DNA of 64,000 nucleotides from Candidatus Sungiibacteriota bacterium (GCA_016432465.1 CP066690.1:850724-914723); one strand, 5' to 3'; shown: positions 37,437 through 47,185, numbered from the stretch's first letter. Notes: generated from the letters alone by a model not told the origin. Numbers and translations: made by a program.

Positions 37437-38653
37437 AATTGTTCCACCGGAAGATTGTCTTCCGGTTTTTTGATTTTCTGGTAAGATGCCGTAAGAACCA
37501 CGTATTCTTTGGAAACCGTGCGGCTATTCTCAACCGCAAGCCGTATTTCTTCCGGGATTTCTTTTAGCACGCGGCGAAGTTTTACTTCGTCCGCCTTCAA
37601 GATTTCTCCCCATTTTCCAAGAGGGGAGAGGAGCTCCCGGATTTTTGTCCAATCATAATCATAACGCTGTACAGTTTTTTGAGAGAGTACGCCTTCTTCC
37701 CCAAAGACGCGTGTTAAACCGCTGCTCGCCATGTAGGTTTTGATCTGTTTTTGCAGCTCTTCAATCCGGTTTTCATTTTGTTGAGAGGCCTTTTTCAGCT
37801 CAAAGTACTCTTTTAAAATCGTTTGTATGTTGTCGGTTTTTTGTTGTTTGTTGCGGTAAAGATGCCGCCAAGCCGGACACATAGGTTTATACCCGCACCA
37901 GTCGCAAAGTGGCCCAGGCATTGGTTCAAATTCTTTTCCGGAGCTAAGGCGTCCTTGAATCTCACCTATTGTTTTCAAAATATGATTTTTTGTCTTCTCT
38001 GTAGTTTCAGTCGTAGCTTTGGTGGAGAGTTTTTCGCCGTGTTTTAAGAAATATAGGCTTAGTTTTATATCCTCCGCATTTATATGCGGCCAGCGTTTTT
38101 GCAGCCCCAGAGAATATAATGAAAGTTGCAGGTCGCGGTTAAGCATCTCCTGAGAAGGCATGCGCTTGGAGGTTTTATAGTCAATTATTTCGTACTGACC
38201 GTCGGAGAGTTTATCTACACGGTCTATTTTCCCCGCCAAGATATGGGACTCTCCGGTTTTATTGTCAGCCAGCACTACTTCAAAACGAGATTCAAGATCA
38301 AGCACCATATAGTTCCACGGCGCATTTTTCTCGTAAAATTTTTTGAGCATTCGGACGCCGCTTTCAAAATAAATTTTTTCTTCTTCATCCGACCACGATC
38401 TCTTTAGCGGATCATGTCCTGCCTCTTTTTCAAAAACTTCACGCGCTGGCCAGTGCTCTCGAAAATAGGCCGTCACCTCATCCAGGGTAGGGAAGAGGGG
38501 ATCGCGTGAAAACATAAATTTCAGCGTATCGTGAATGAGCGTGCCAAAAAGCGCTTCCCGCGATTTAGGAACCCGTATCCGGTCAATTTCCTGAAGTTTG
38601 TATTTTTGTGGGCACTGTAGATATGTTTCTATTGCGGAGTAGGAAGTGCGCAT
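37433..38653 (-). CDS. Standalone PD-(D/E)XK nuclease of the Cas4/RecB-like family with an Fe-S Cys cluster
   Basis: N-terminal Cys (QCPQKY). Core motifs D...EIIDYKTSK (D-E-K). C-terminal CDWCGYKPMCPAW (C-x2-C-x5-C). Confidence 0.65.
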   Translation of the reverse strand: MRTSYSAIETYLQCPQKYKLQEIDRIRVPKSREALFGTLIHDTLKFMFSRDPLFPTLDEVTAYFREHWPAREVFEKEAGHDPLKRSWSDEEEKIYFESGVRMLKKFYEKNAPWNYMVLDLESRFEVVLADNKTGESHILAGKIDRVDKLSDGQYEIIDYKTSKRMPSQEMLNRDLQLSLYSLGLQKRWPHINAEDIKLSLYFLKHGEKLSTKATTETTEKTKNHILKTIGEIQGRLSSGKEFEPMPGPLCDWCGYKPMCPAWRHLYRNKQQKTDNIQTILKEYFELKKASQQNENRIEELQKQIKTYMASSGLTRVFGEEGVLSQKTVQRYDYDWTKIRELLSPLGKWGEILKADEVKLRRVLKEIPEEIRLAVENSRTVSKEYVVLTASYQKIKKPEDNLPVEQF

Positions 38654-38702
38654 GTTATATAAACTATAGCTTGAGAGTTTTTTGAAAACAAGGAGGTTGG
38701 GT

Positions 38703-39299
38703 ATGCGCCACCTTTACTTTGCCACCCAAAGAGAGAGTAAGGTTAATTCGCTTAAACGTGAGCTGGAACGGCTTCCTAATTGGGGAGTTCTTACCATACC
38801 ATTTGATGTGCCTGAGCCTCGCGGTGAGAATGTTAAAGAAATTGCTCTTGCCAAAGTAGGATATGCACAAAAATTTATTACTAAAACAGGCGTAATTGCG
38901 CTTGATGCCGGCTTTTATATTGATGCGCTTGACGGTTTTCCCGGAGCAATGGTTAATCACATACTCAAAAATACGACTTTGGGCGTTGAGGCTTTTCTGA
39001 AACTCATGTGTGGTGTAAAAACACGCAGCTGTCGTTTTACGGAATGTCTTGCTTTTCTTGACCCTAAACTTACCCGCAGGCCCATCTGTTTTGAAGCGGA
39101 GATACCGGGGACTTTGGCCGAAGAGCAAAGAGGGGATTTCCGCCCCGATCAGCACTGGTCCCAGCTGGCCACTATTTTTATTCCCAAAAATGAATCCAAA
39201 ACTCTGGCCGAAATGTCTGAGGCCGAATATGAAAAATGGAGAACAATAAGAGAAAAATCGGCGATGAAACTTTTTGTAGACTGGCTTTCGCAATTTTAA
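38703..39299 (+). CDS. Non-canonical purine NTP pyrophosphatase (Ham1/RdgB/ITPase family)
   Basis: FATQRESKVNSLKRE and GFYIDALDGFPGAMV match the Ham1 signature regions. AAGGAGG before the ATG. Confidence 0.65.
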   Translation: MRHLYFATQRESKVNSLKRELERLPNWGVLTIPFDVPEPRGENVKEIALAKVGYAQKFITKTGVIALDAGFYIDALDGFPGAMVNHILKNTTLGVEAFLKLMCGVKTRSCRFTECLAFLDPKLTRRPICFEAEIPGTLAEEQRGDFRPDQHWSQLATIFIPKNESKTLAEMSEAEYEKWRTIREKSAMKLFVDWLSQF

Positions 39300-39355
39300 T
39301 CTTGACTTTGTTGCAACCCCCGTGTTAGAATATAAGTCAGCCTAAGGAAAGGAGC

Positions 39356-40153
39356 ATGCAGATGGCGAGCCCCAAAGAATATCTGCAAGGACAGGTTATT
39401 GAACGTCGTGATCTTACTCCGGATCTAATGATTATGAAATTTGCGCTTGCGTACCCTTTGCAGTTTATACCCGGCCAATACTGCACTTTGGAGATTGATG
39501 GCACGGCGCGACCTTACTCTATTGTATCAGCACCGCATGAGTCGTATCTTGAACTTTTCTTTGAGCTTGTACCGGAAAAATTCCGAACCGAAAAGTCCCT
39601 GACCCCACGCATCTGGAAACTTAAAGTAGGGGATACGATTTCTTTTTGGCCAAAAGCCAAAGGAGCGTTCGTACTTGATGAAAGTTATGATACGCAAGTT
39701 ATGGTAGCGACAGTAACTGGTGTTGCGCCCTATGTCAGTATGATTCGTACCTATCGTCATGGCGGTTACTATCACCGTTACTGGCCGCCGAGAGGATGGG
39801 GTTGGTTTATACTACAGGGCGCAAGTTATCAGGATGAGTTTGGGTATTTGGATGAACTGCGTCAGTATCATGACAAAGGCTGGATCTTTTATGTACCTAC
39901 GGTTAGCCGTCCCCAAGAAGAACGTAATCATGGTTGGCTTGGTCAAACCGGTAGAGTAAATGCTATTATGCCTGAGCTGTTTCGTAACCTTTTCATTGAA
40001 GCTAATCGGAGAACTGTTTGTTACCTTTGTGGTAATGAAGGTATGGTGCAGGTTTTGGGCAACAAAAAATCAAGGGCCGATAAGCCACGTGGCTGGCTTT
40101 TCACCACAGCGGGTTTTAGCGAGAAAGAAGTGAAAGAAGAGATATTTTTCTAG
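39356..40153 (+). CDS. Ferredoxin/flavodoxin-NAD(P)+ reductase-like oxidoreductase (FNR family)
   Basis: RPYSIVS (RxYS FAD-binding motif) and GTGVAPYVSM (GTGxAP NAD-binding motif). Confidence 0.7.
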   Translation: MQMASPKEYLQGQVIERRDLTPDLMIMKFALAYPLQFIPGQYCTLEIDGTARPYSIVSAPHESYLELFFELVPEKFRTEKSLTPRIWKLKVGDTISFWPKAKGAFVLDESYDTQVMVATVTGVAPYVSMIRTYRHGGYYHRYWPPRGWGWFILQGASYQDEFGYLDELRQYHDKGWIFYVPTVSRPQEERNHGWLGQTGRVNAIMPELFRNLFIEANRRTVCYLCGNEGMVQVLGNKKSRADKPRGWLFTTAGFSEKEVKEEIFF

Positions 40154-40521
40154 TGAATTGGGTTGCGTTATCTTTTGGTATACTGATTTTTATCTCTTTG
40201 GAGAGTCTGTTTCTCCTGAAAACCAATTTTACTCCGACCTCTTTTACCACGGGTACAATTAGCGCTTTAGTCCTCGGTATTTTTATGTGGTTTGTTTGGG
40301 AACTTGGAGTACAGATTTTAAGTAAACACAGAAAGTGCGCGGAATGCGGAGACATGTTTCGCTCTGGAGAAGAAGTAAGGATCAGATACTTTGCAACAAA
40401 TGCCAGGATTTTATTGATGCTAGGCATGCACAGAACCGATAGGAAATCACCTATCGGTTTTTTAGTTAGGGGACTGTGGATAAGTATGTTTGGTGTTTAT
40501 GATTTTATTATAATAAACTGA
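40153..40521 (+). CDS. Small membrane protein with a CxxC-type motif (CAECGDMF). The GTG start overlaps the upstream stop (TAGTG)
   Basis: Translational coupling with the FNR-like gene. Confidence 0.35.
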   Translation: MNWVALSFGILIFISLESLFLLKTNFTPTSFTTGTISALVLGIFMWFVWELGVQILSKHRKCAECGDMFRSGEEVRIRYFATNARILLMLGMHRTDRKSPIGFLVRGLWISMFGVYDFIIIN

Positions 40522-40588
40522 GTATAATATCCCTACTGCTCAGTTTTGTTTTAGAGCAAAGACTGAACAATGGGGATGTCCAAGACTT

Positions 40589-41521
40589 ATGTCACTTCCC
40601 TATCTAGATGACTTTCTTCTATCAATAAAAACCAATAATTACTCTCCAGAAACTCTGTATAATTATGAACGGGATTTAAAAGTATTTGAGCGGTTTCTTA
40701 AGGACGATACACAAACTCCCTTCCAAAAGACGTCCAAGCGAACCGTTGAACTATACAAGGCCTATTTATCTTCTCGTGACCGACGAACAGCACGGGGTGA
40801 GAAAAACGCTATAAAACTCTCAGCCGGCTCTATAAATCGCGCCTTGTCCAGTCTCCGTAGATATCTCAAATATCTGGTTGAGGTTGACCTTAAGGTCCCT
40901 CTTGCGCCCGAAGCTGTAAAATTAGTTAAAACACCTAAAAAGCATCCGCGGGTTGCTGAATTTGAAGCGTTGGTACAGCTGATTGAATCCCCTACCAAAT
41001 TTGAAAAGATAACAGAAATAGCGTTTAGAAATCGAGCCATGCTGGAGACTCTTTTTGCAACAGGTATGCGTATCTCCGAGCTAATTTCATTAAATAGAGA
41101 TCAGATAGATAAAACTGGCAGAATTTTTATTCGCGGCAAGGGCAAAAAAGAGCGATTCGTATATTTGACCGACCGCGCCAAAAAACATATTTGGGGGTAC
41201 TTATCGGTGCGTAACGATAGCCACCCGGCATTATTTATCCCCTATCGCGGCCGCAACGCAGGAAAGTCTGCCACCCGTATATCGTCAAATTATCTGCAGA
41301 TGAAGATAAAACAATATCGTGGGCGCCTGGAAATTAATGTCCCTACTTCCGCGCATTCATTGCGGCACGGCTTTGCCACGTATCTGGCTGAACAAGGGGC
41401 TAATCCTGCCGCTATTCAGATTTTGCTTGGTCATGAGTCTCTCCAGACCACTACTCGTTATGTACACGCTTCTGACAAGTATGCCGAGAATACACACAAG
41501 AGATTTCATCCTTTAAAATAG
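40589..41521 (+). CDS. Tyrosine site-specific recombinase (XerC/XerD or integrase family)
   Basis: The N-terminal SAM-like core-binding domain is present. The catalytic residues R...HSLRHGFAT...LLGH...TTRY are present. Confidence 0.85.
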   Translation: MSLPYLDDFLLSIKTNNYSPETLYNYERDLKVFERFLKDDTQTPFQKTSKRTVELYKAYLSSRDRRTARGEKNAIKLSAGSINRALSSLRRYLKYLVEVDLKVPLAPEAVKLVKTPKKHPRVAEFEALVQLIESPTKFEKITEIAFRNRAMLETLFATGMRISELISLNRDQIDKTGRIFIRGKGKKERFVYLTDRAKKHIWGYLSVRNDSHPALFIPYRGRNAGKSATRISSNYLQMKIKQYRGRLEINVPTSAHSLRHGFATYLAEQGANPAAIQILLGHESLQTTTRYVHASDKYAENTHKRFHPLK

Positions 41522-41695
41522 TTTTGACGCGCAACCCCTTACCAATTTTGCCAGATTATACAGCATGTACCCGCCATAGGCAGGAAGACAAGAAGTCAAG
41601 CGAAGCGCGTGGCCGAATAGGCCATCCCTCGATGGACGAAGCGCTTCGCCTCCCACGATCTCGCAAAATTGGTGACGGGGTTCTACAAATAGAAT

Positions 41696-41734
41696 CTCGG
41701 CAGCTTGGGAAGTCAGACTTCCCTTGCTGCCGAG
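41696..41734. repeat. Isolated copy of the MITE internal hairpin module (CTCGGCAGCTTGGGAAGTCAGACTTCCCTTGCTGCCGAG)
   Basis: Identical core to the module inside MITE copies 3 and 5. Confidence 0.7.
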
Positions 41735-41758
41735 AAGTTCAAATTAGAAATTATGAAG

Positions 41759-42151
41759 TTATTCTCCCAATGCCTTTGACACCTGTTCCAGTAAATCCAC
41801 AATCACCTGAAAAAAAACTTTTAATACTTTAGCCGACCAGCCGATAAATTTGGCAAGATCAATACCGGTTTCTTCCTTCACTCCCCTGCTAACTTCTTTA
41901 AGTTGCGGAGAAGATTTTTTTAGCGCTTCTTCCGGTGTCGGAATCTCAATTTGTTCATTGGGAGAAATGGGGATGGTTATATTTTTTTTAAAAAGCTCAA
42001 ACCATTTATTGGGGTCAAGAAGTTCATTTACGGTTGCGGCAAATTCTTTTTTGGTCTCCTCTATTCCGAAACTTGCAAAGGGCGTAAGCGCAAGCAACAT
42101 TGCCAGCGACCAAATATACAAAAGATTATTTTTACTCTTTTTTGGTTTCAT
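41759..42151 (-). CDS. Hypothetical secreted protein
   Basis: Signal peptide. Confidence 0.35.
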   Translation of the reverse strand: MKPKKSKNNLLYIWSLAMLLALTPFASFGIEETKKEFAATVNELLDPNKWFELFKKNITIPISPNEQIEIPTPEEALKKSSPQLKEVSRGVKEETGIDLAKFIGWSAKVLKVFFQVIVDLLEQVSKALGE

Positions 42152-43410
42152 AAGTATAAGAGTGGGTTGATAGAACCTCCAAAGGGCAGTAATCCGCAGG
42201 TTCCTTTGGGCCCTAAGCGTATTTCCACTGTCCGGGCGTCGTAGAGCGTAAAGTGAAGGTGCGGGCCTGTGGATAACCCAGTACTGCCCATATATCCTAT
42301 TATATCACCCCTTTTGACTTCCTGGCCAGTCGTTACTTTTATAAGCGACATATGGGCATACATAGTAGCTAAGTTGTTTTTGTGGTCAAGCACTATATAT
42401 TTTCCGTAAGCTCCTCTGCGGCAGTAGCGGTCAGTATCCCCTACTGCGAGCACCATGCCGCTATCGGCGGCAAGTATGGGCGTGCCGACTGACGCGCTTA
42501 TATCAATACCGTTATGGAATTTATAAAAATCGCGTCCGCGTCCTCGTGTGAACGGAGTTTCGCCATATTCCTGCGAAAGAAGTCCTTCGGCCGGCCAGAG
42601 CAGAAATCTCTCGCGCCTCTGCGGCAGGGACTCGGGGTCAACCCGCTTTCTTAATTCGTTTTCCAGTTCTTCCATCTCCCGCAGAATTTCTTCTTCTTTT
42701 CGTTCGGTCTCCCGCAACAGGGCTTGATACCGCGTCTCCTGATTTTTGGTTTCCTTTAGGAGCTGGTCTTTGTCGCGCTTTACACTGTCTTGAATCTTTT
42801 TACGGTCTTGCAGCGAATCCTGCAAATTTTCCAGCTCGTCTTTTTTGTCTTCGGCCTGCGCCTTTTTGATGGTAAGTTCCTTTTGTAGAACGCGCAGATC
42901 ATCCAGCGATCCTAAAATCTTTTTTTCAGTCAACGCCGCATAGTCAAGCTGTCGGAAAAAATCAGAAAGCAGACTGTTTCGTACCAGAATTTCCAGAAGA
43001 GATTGCTGCTCACTTTCCGATATGATTTGTATCAGTCCTCCCAGCCCCTGCTTAAGTTTATTTACGGCTATTTCCTTTTCCCGGATTTCAAGCTTCAGGG
43101 TGTCAATTTCTAAGCCGGCCCTTTGTATTTTTCGTTCGGTTAAAACAATGTCTCCCCTCAGCTTTTTAATGTTATTTTCAATTCGGCTAAGTTCTCCCTT
43201 AAGGGTTGTTTGGGCGCGTTTTTGAGTTACAATTTCATCGCGGTATTTTTTGGCTTCCTCTTCAAGTTTTTTAATTTCCTGATTTTTCTGCTCAATATTC
43301 TTTTGCAGCTCTTCAACGGTTGAGGCTTGTCCCGAATTAAAAAAACCAAATAAGGCGATGGCGCCGATCGCCCCCATAAGCCAAAATTTGCCCCAAAAAC
43401 GAGTACCCAC
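42148..43410 (-). CDS. Membrane-bound M23 (LytM-type) peptidase with an N-terminal coiled-coil domain
   Basis: About 250 aa of coiled coil, then M23 motifs HNGIDISA ... GSTGLSTGPHLHF. Confidence 0.8.
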   Translation of the reverse strand: MGTRFWGKFWLMGAIGAIALFGFFNSGQASTVEELQKNIEQKNQEIKKLEEEAKKYRDEIVTQKRAQTTLKGELSRIENNIKKLRGDIVLTERKIQRAGLEIDTLKLEIREKEIAVNKLKQGLGGLIQIISESEQQSLLEILVRNSLLSDFFRQLDYAALTEKKILGSLDDLRVLQKELTIKKAQAEDKKDELENLQDSLQDRKKIQDSVKRDKDQLLKETKNQETRYQALLRETERKEEEILREMEELENELRKRVDPESLPQRRERFLLWPAEGLLSQEYGETPFTRGRGRDFYKFHNGIDISASVGTPILAADSGMVLAVGDTDRYCRRGAYGKYIVLDHKNNLATMYAHMSLIKVTTGQEVKRGDIIGYMGSTGLSTGPHLHFTLYDARTVEIRLGPKGTCGLLPFGGSINPLLYL

Positions 43411-43454
43411 ACCCTTATTCTACCAATACTTGACAGCTTTTAAAGGGGGTGCTA
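43383..43454. repeat. 72-bp direct repeat, copy A. It spans the first 10 codons of the M23 gene on the minus strand and its promoter region
   Basis: Identical to 44194-44265. Confidence 0.85.
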
Positions 43455-43490
43455 TGAAGATATAGGTACTCTAAAAAGGAGGATACATAG

Positions 43491-44153
43491 ATGAAGCGTT
43501 GGTCTGTTATTGTTGGCCTCTTGGCAATATTAGGGACTGCTGTTGTTCCTAATGCTCTTGCTGCCGAGACCGGAATTCGTATTCTGCCCACGTACGTTGA
43601 CGAGGTAATAACCTCTGAATGTAATCTACGAGAGCTTGTGCAAAAGTTAGATTTCGTATTAGAGAAACGTAAGGACGGCAATGATACGTGGTATGAATTG
43701 GTAAGTAGAAGGCTGACCAGTAAAAACAGTGAGCCCAGTAATTATTTCAGAATTGAACTCAAAAACTGCATGTTGCAGTCTGCCCAAAAGAAAACGACCT
43801 ATTTTCATGAGCGCGGTCAACAAATAAAGAAAGAGGTAACCTACAAGTTTATCTTGTTTTACGAAAACATGATTTTTGATGTTGATCGTAATGAAGATGG
43901 TTCTATCAATACTCTTCCAGTGATAGAAGTTACGGCATCTATAACACTTTTATGGAGAGTAGACAATCTAGAGGACCAGCTTTTTCACACGTTGGGCCCG
44001 GTTACTTTAGAAGGTGGTGTAGAGATTGCTTCCAAGGGTAGGGGTGAATACGGTTCCTACAGTAGACTTTACCCAAAACGGCCCAGCGATATTTTCTATC
44101 TTGAGATTCTTATAAGTCCGAACGCAATAAACGGCCAGCGTCTTAGAGACTAA
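43491..44153 (+). CDS. Hypothetical secreted protein
   Basis: Signal peptide MKRWSVIVGLLAILGTAVVPNALA. AAGGAGG before the ATG. Confidence 0.45.
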   Translation: MKRWSVIVGLLAILGTAVVPNALAAETGIRILPTYVDEVITSECNLRELVQKLDFVLEKRKDGNDTWYELVSRRLTSKNSEPSNYFRIELKNCMLQSAQKKTTYFHERGQQIKKEVTYKFILFYENMIFDVDRNEDGSINTLPVIEVTASITLLWRVDNLEDQLFHTLGPVTLEGGVEIASKGRGEYGSYSRLYPKRPSDIFYLEILISPNAINGQRLRD

Positions 44154-44161
44154 ATTTTGTA

Positions 44162-44187
44162 ATTACGAGGTTGAACCTCGTAATTTT
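44162..44187. terminator. Rho-independent terminator ATTACGAGG-TTGAA-CCTCGTAAT + T-run
   Basis: 9-bp stem with U-run. Confidence 0.6.
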
Positions 44188-44193
44188 TTACAC

Positions 44194-44265
44194 AAAATTT
44201 GCCCCAAAAACGAGTACCCACACCCTTATTCTACCAATACTTGACAGCTTTTAAAGGGGGTGCTA
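44194..44265. repeat. 72-bp direct repeat, copy B
   Basis: Identical to 43383-43454. Confidence 0.85.
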
Positions 44266-44305
44266 CCAGTAAGAATGACTTATAGACCATCGCTTGGGAG
44301 TAGAA

Positions 44306-44566
44306 ATGCACGAATACGAATATTTATTGAGATGCAGGCATCCTCGCGTTGAAGATATAGATACGGATCCCGACGAGACGTGTTACGAAGTCGTGCCACG
44401 TGAAGAGGAACATCCATTTGTAGTCGGAAATGTAGCTGAATTATGTGCTGATGGGGCAGCACTTTCATGGGTTGAATCCCATATAAAGCAGGAAATTGTT
44501 CGTTTCCGTGGTTGCGAATATAAACCGCAGCCCATTGTTCTTGCGAGAGTACTCAAGAGGTGGTAG
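44306..44566 (+). CDS. Hypothetical small acidic protein
   Basis: ATG after GGAG. Driven by the duplicated upstream region. Confidence 0.35.
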   Translation: MHEYEYLLRCRHPRVEDIDTDPDETCYEVVPREEEHPFVVGNVAELCADGAALSWVESHIKQEIVRFRGCEYKPQPIVLARVLKRW

Positions 44567-44567
44567 T

Positions 44568-44595
44568 AATTACGAGGCTCAACCTCGTAATTTTT
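44568..44595. terminator. Bidirectional terminator ATTACGAGG-CTCAA-CCTCGTAAT, nearly identical to the one at 44162
   Basis: Hairpin with U-runs on both sides. Confidence 0.6.
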
Positions 44596-46018
44596 CTTTT
44601 GCGGCTTTGAGTCTCTTGAGGGCTTCCTCCCCACCCAAAATCTCCATAATATCAAATGGTCCCGGAGAGGCCTTTTTGCCGGTCAGGGCGACACGAAGGG
44701 GCCAAAGCAACCGGCCCTTATCCCCTGCCACGATTTCTTCTATAAACGCTTTTTCAAGCTCTTTTTGATTGAAGTTCGACTTCAATCGTGGAGATTGCAA
44801 TAGTTCAATTGATTTGTCAAGGGAAGCGGCAATTTCCTCGTCTGTCATATCTTTCCATCTCAACAGTCCCCTATCGTACTCTGGCGCTCTGAAAAAATAA
44901 TCCGTCTTCTCCTTTATCTCTGATAATTTTTTTAGGCGCGGCTGTTCAAGGGCAAGTATTTTTTCAAGATAGCTTTTTAGTTTTTTATTTTTATGGAAAA
45001 ACGGTTTGGCGCGCTCGGCCAATTCTTTCAAGGAAAGTTTTCGGATATATTCACCATTCATCCACTCAAGCTTATTGATGTCAAAAATTGCCCCTGATTT
45101 CTGTACTTTTTCCAAAGAAAACTCTTTTATCAAATCTTCCCGGGACAGAACTTCTCGTTCGTCTCCGGGGTTCCACCCCAAAAGCGCCATAAAGTTAAAA
45201 AGCGCCTCTGGCAAATATCCTGCCTTGCGGTACTCTCCCACTGATGAAGCGCCGTGCCTTTTGGATAGTTTGGAACGATCGGGCCCAAGAATTAGGGGCA
45301 GATGAGCGTATTGCGGTAGATCAAATCCGAGCGCCTCAACCATAAGGAGTTGTTTTGGTGTATTGGAAATATGATCTTCGCCGCGGATTACGTGTGATAT
45401 TTTCATCTCAAAATCATCCACCACCACGGCAAAATTATAAAGCGGCACGTCCGGACGTTTGGCAATAGAAAAATCGCCCAAAAGATCGGAGTCAAACGAA
45501 AGCTCTCCGCGAATAAGGTCTTTAAAAACAAGTTTCCTTCCAGCCGGGGTTTTAAAACGGATAATATAATTTGATTTAGTCTCGGTGAGCAGTTTTGTTT
45601 CTTTGGGGTCCATGGCGTGGTACTCGCATAAATGCAGAGAAGGCTTTTTGGCGGCCAGCAGCTTTTCTTTTTCTTCTTCCAGTTCCCTTTCCGAGTGGAA
45701 ACAATAAAACGCCGCTCCCCGGGCCAAGAGCTTCTCTATATAGTTTTTATAGGTATCAATCCGTTCACCCTGCCTATAAGGACCGTAAGGCCCGCCGGTT
45801 TCCGGGCCTTCATCCGCTTTTATTCCCAGCCATTCAAAACTCTCAAAAATATCCTTTTCATATTTTTTGTCGGAGCGTTCCAGATCCGTGTCTTCAATAC
45901 GCAATATATATTTTCCTCCGCTCTTTTTTGCGAATAAATAGTTAAAAAGCGCGGTTCGCGCCCCGCCTAAATGCAGTGGTCCTGTGGGTGAGGGTGCGTA
46001 TCTGGTGCGGATTTCCAT
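44579..46018 (-). CDS. gltX: Glutamyl-tRNA synthetase
   Basis: Class I HIGH motif (PTGPLHLGGARTA) and KLSKR (KMSKS). Confidence 0.9.
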   Translation of the reverse strand: MEIRTRYAPSPTGPLHLGGARTALFNYLFAKKSGGKYILRIEDTDLERSDKKYEKDIFESFEWLGIKADEGPETGGPYGPYRQGERIDTYKNYIEKLLARGAAFYCFHSERELEEEKEKLLAAKKPSLHLCEYHAMDPKETKLLTETKSNYIIRFKTPAGRKLVFKDLIRGELSFDSDLLGDFSIAKRPDVPLYNFAVVVDDFEMKISHVIRGEDHISNTPKQLLMVEALGFDLPQYAHLPLILGPDRSKLSKRHGASSVGEYRKAGYLPEALFNFMALLGWNPGDEREVLSREDLIKEFSLEKVQKSGAIFDINKLEWMNGEYIRKLSLKELAERAKPFFHKNKKLKSYLEKILALEQPRLKKLSEIKEKTDYFFRAPEYDRGLLRWKDMTDEEIAASLDKSIELLQSPRLKSNFNQKELEKAFIEEIVAGDKGRLLWPLRVALTGKKASPGPFDIMEILGGEEALKRLKAAKEKLRG

Positions 46019-46019
46019 A

Positions 46020-47138
46020 TTAATGAATCCCCAATTTTAAAATCTCCCGCGCAATAAGTTCCGCCGAGTCAATTCTGGAAAATCTTTGCGCCGATGCAGA
46101 CATCTTGCGCATGAGTTCTGGGTTTCCCAGAACCTTTTTAATTTCAGCCAAAAGAACGTGCGGCGTTAAATTAGCCTGCTCAATAACCACACAGGCTCCG
46201 CTGGCGGCATATTCGTAGGCATTTTTGCGCTGATGGTCTTGCGCCGCATTTTCCAGCGGGACCAGAATGGACGGTTTGCCCCAAGCGGCTATTTCAAAAA
46301 TAGATGACGCTCCTGCCCTAGAGACAATAAGGTTTGACACCAGATAAAAGTCGCGCATCTCGGTCTCATTTAGAAAGCCCAGCGGATGATAACGTTCCTT
46401 ATGGCCGGATTCAAGTATTACACTTGTTTCTCCTTTTATGTCCGCAATGTTTTTGGGACCGGTCTGATGCACAATTTCAAACTCATCCGTTAGCTCTTTT
46501 AAAACCCCAAGAGTCGCATCGTTCAGTTTTTGCGCTCCCTGCGAGGCGCCAATAAATCCAACCACCGGAAACTGCGAGAAAATGCTAAAATGCTCCCGGG
46601 CTTCCTCCAACGATCCTCCCAAAATTCGTTTGCGGATTGGTATGCCGACCAGCGCAATTTTTTCTTTGGGGAAAAACGCTGCGGATGAAGCAAAAGCAAT
46701 TCCTATGCGCTTGGCAAATCTTTGCGAAAAAAGATTTACTTTCCCCGGCACGGCGTCCGATTCATGAATTATCAATGGTATTCTAAAAATGGCCGCGGCT
46801 ATAACCGCTGGCAGTGCGCCGTAGCCGCCCTTGGAGAAAATAATATCCGGCATCAGTAAAAACACGTTCCATACGGCCTGCCAGGTCCCCAGTATGGTTT
46901 TAAAAATATCCGTGAAATTAGCCAAAGAAAAATAATGCCGTATTTTGCCGGTGGTGATGTTGATTGATACCACCCCTTCCTCTTTTAAACTGTCGCGGCC
47001 AAAATCATCCGGCCCCATATAATATAGTTCCAGATCCAGTATCCGTTCCTCTTCGGCTATTATTTTAAGTTCCCTGATAACGGCAAGGATGGGGAAAAAA
47101 TGTCCTCCGGTGCCGCCGCCTGTGAATAGTATGCGCAT
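46020..47138 (-). CDS. murG: Undecaprenyldiphospho-muramoylpentapeptide beta-N-acetylglucosaminyltransferase
   Basis: MRILFTGGGTGGHFFPILAV. Confidence 0.9.
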   Translation of the reverse strand: MRILFTGGGTGGHFFPILAVIRELKIIAEEERILDLELYYMGPDDFGRDSLKEEGVVSINITTGKIRHYFSLANFTDIFKTILGTWQAVWNVFLLMPDIIFSKGGYGALPAVIAAAIFRIPLIIHESDAVPGKVNLFSQRFAKRIGIAFASSAAFFPKEKIALVGIPIRKRILGGSLEEAREHFSIFSQFPVVGFIGASQGAQKLNDATLGVLKELTDEFEIVHQTGPKNIADIKGETSVILESGHKERYHPLGFLNETEMRDFYLVSNLIVSRAGASSIFEIAAWGKPSILVPLENAAQDHQRKNAYEYAASGACVVIEQANLTPHVLLAEIKKVLGNPELMRKMSASAQRFSRIDSAELIAREILKLGIH

Positions 47139-47185
47139 CTCGTTAGAAGTGTATATTTAGTGAATAAAATAAGTGGCGTTAAGAC

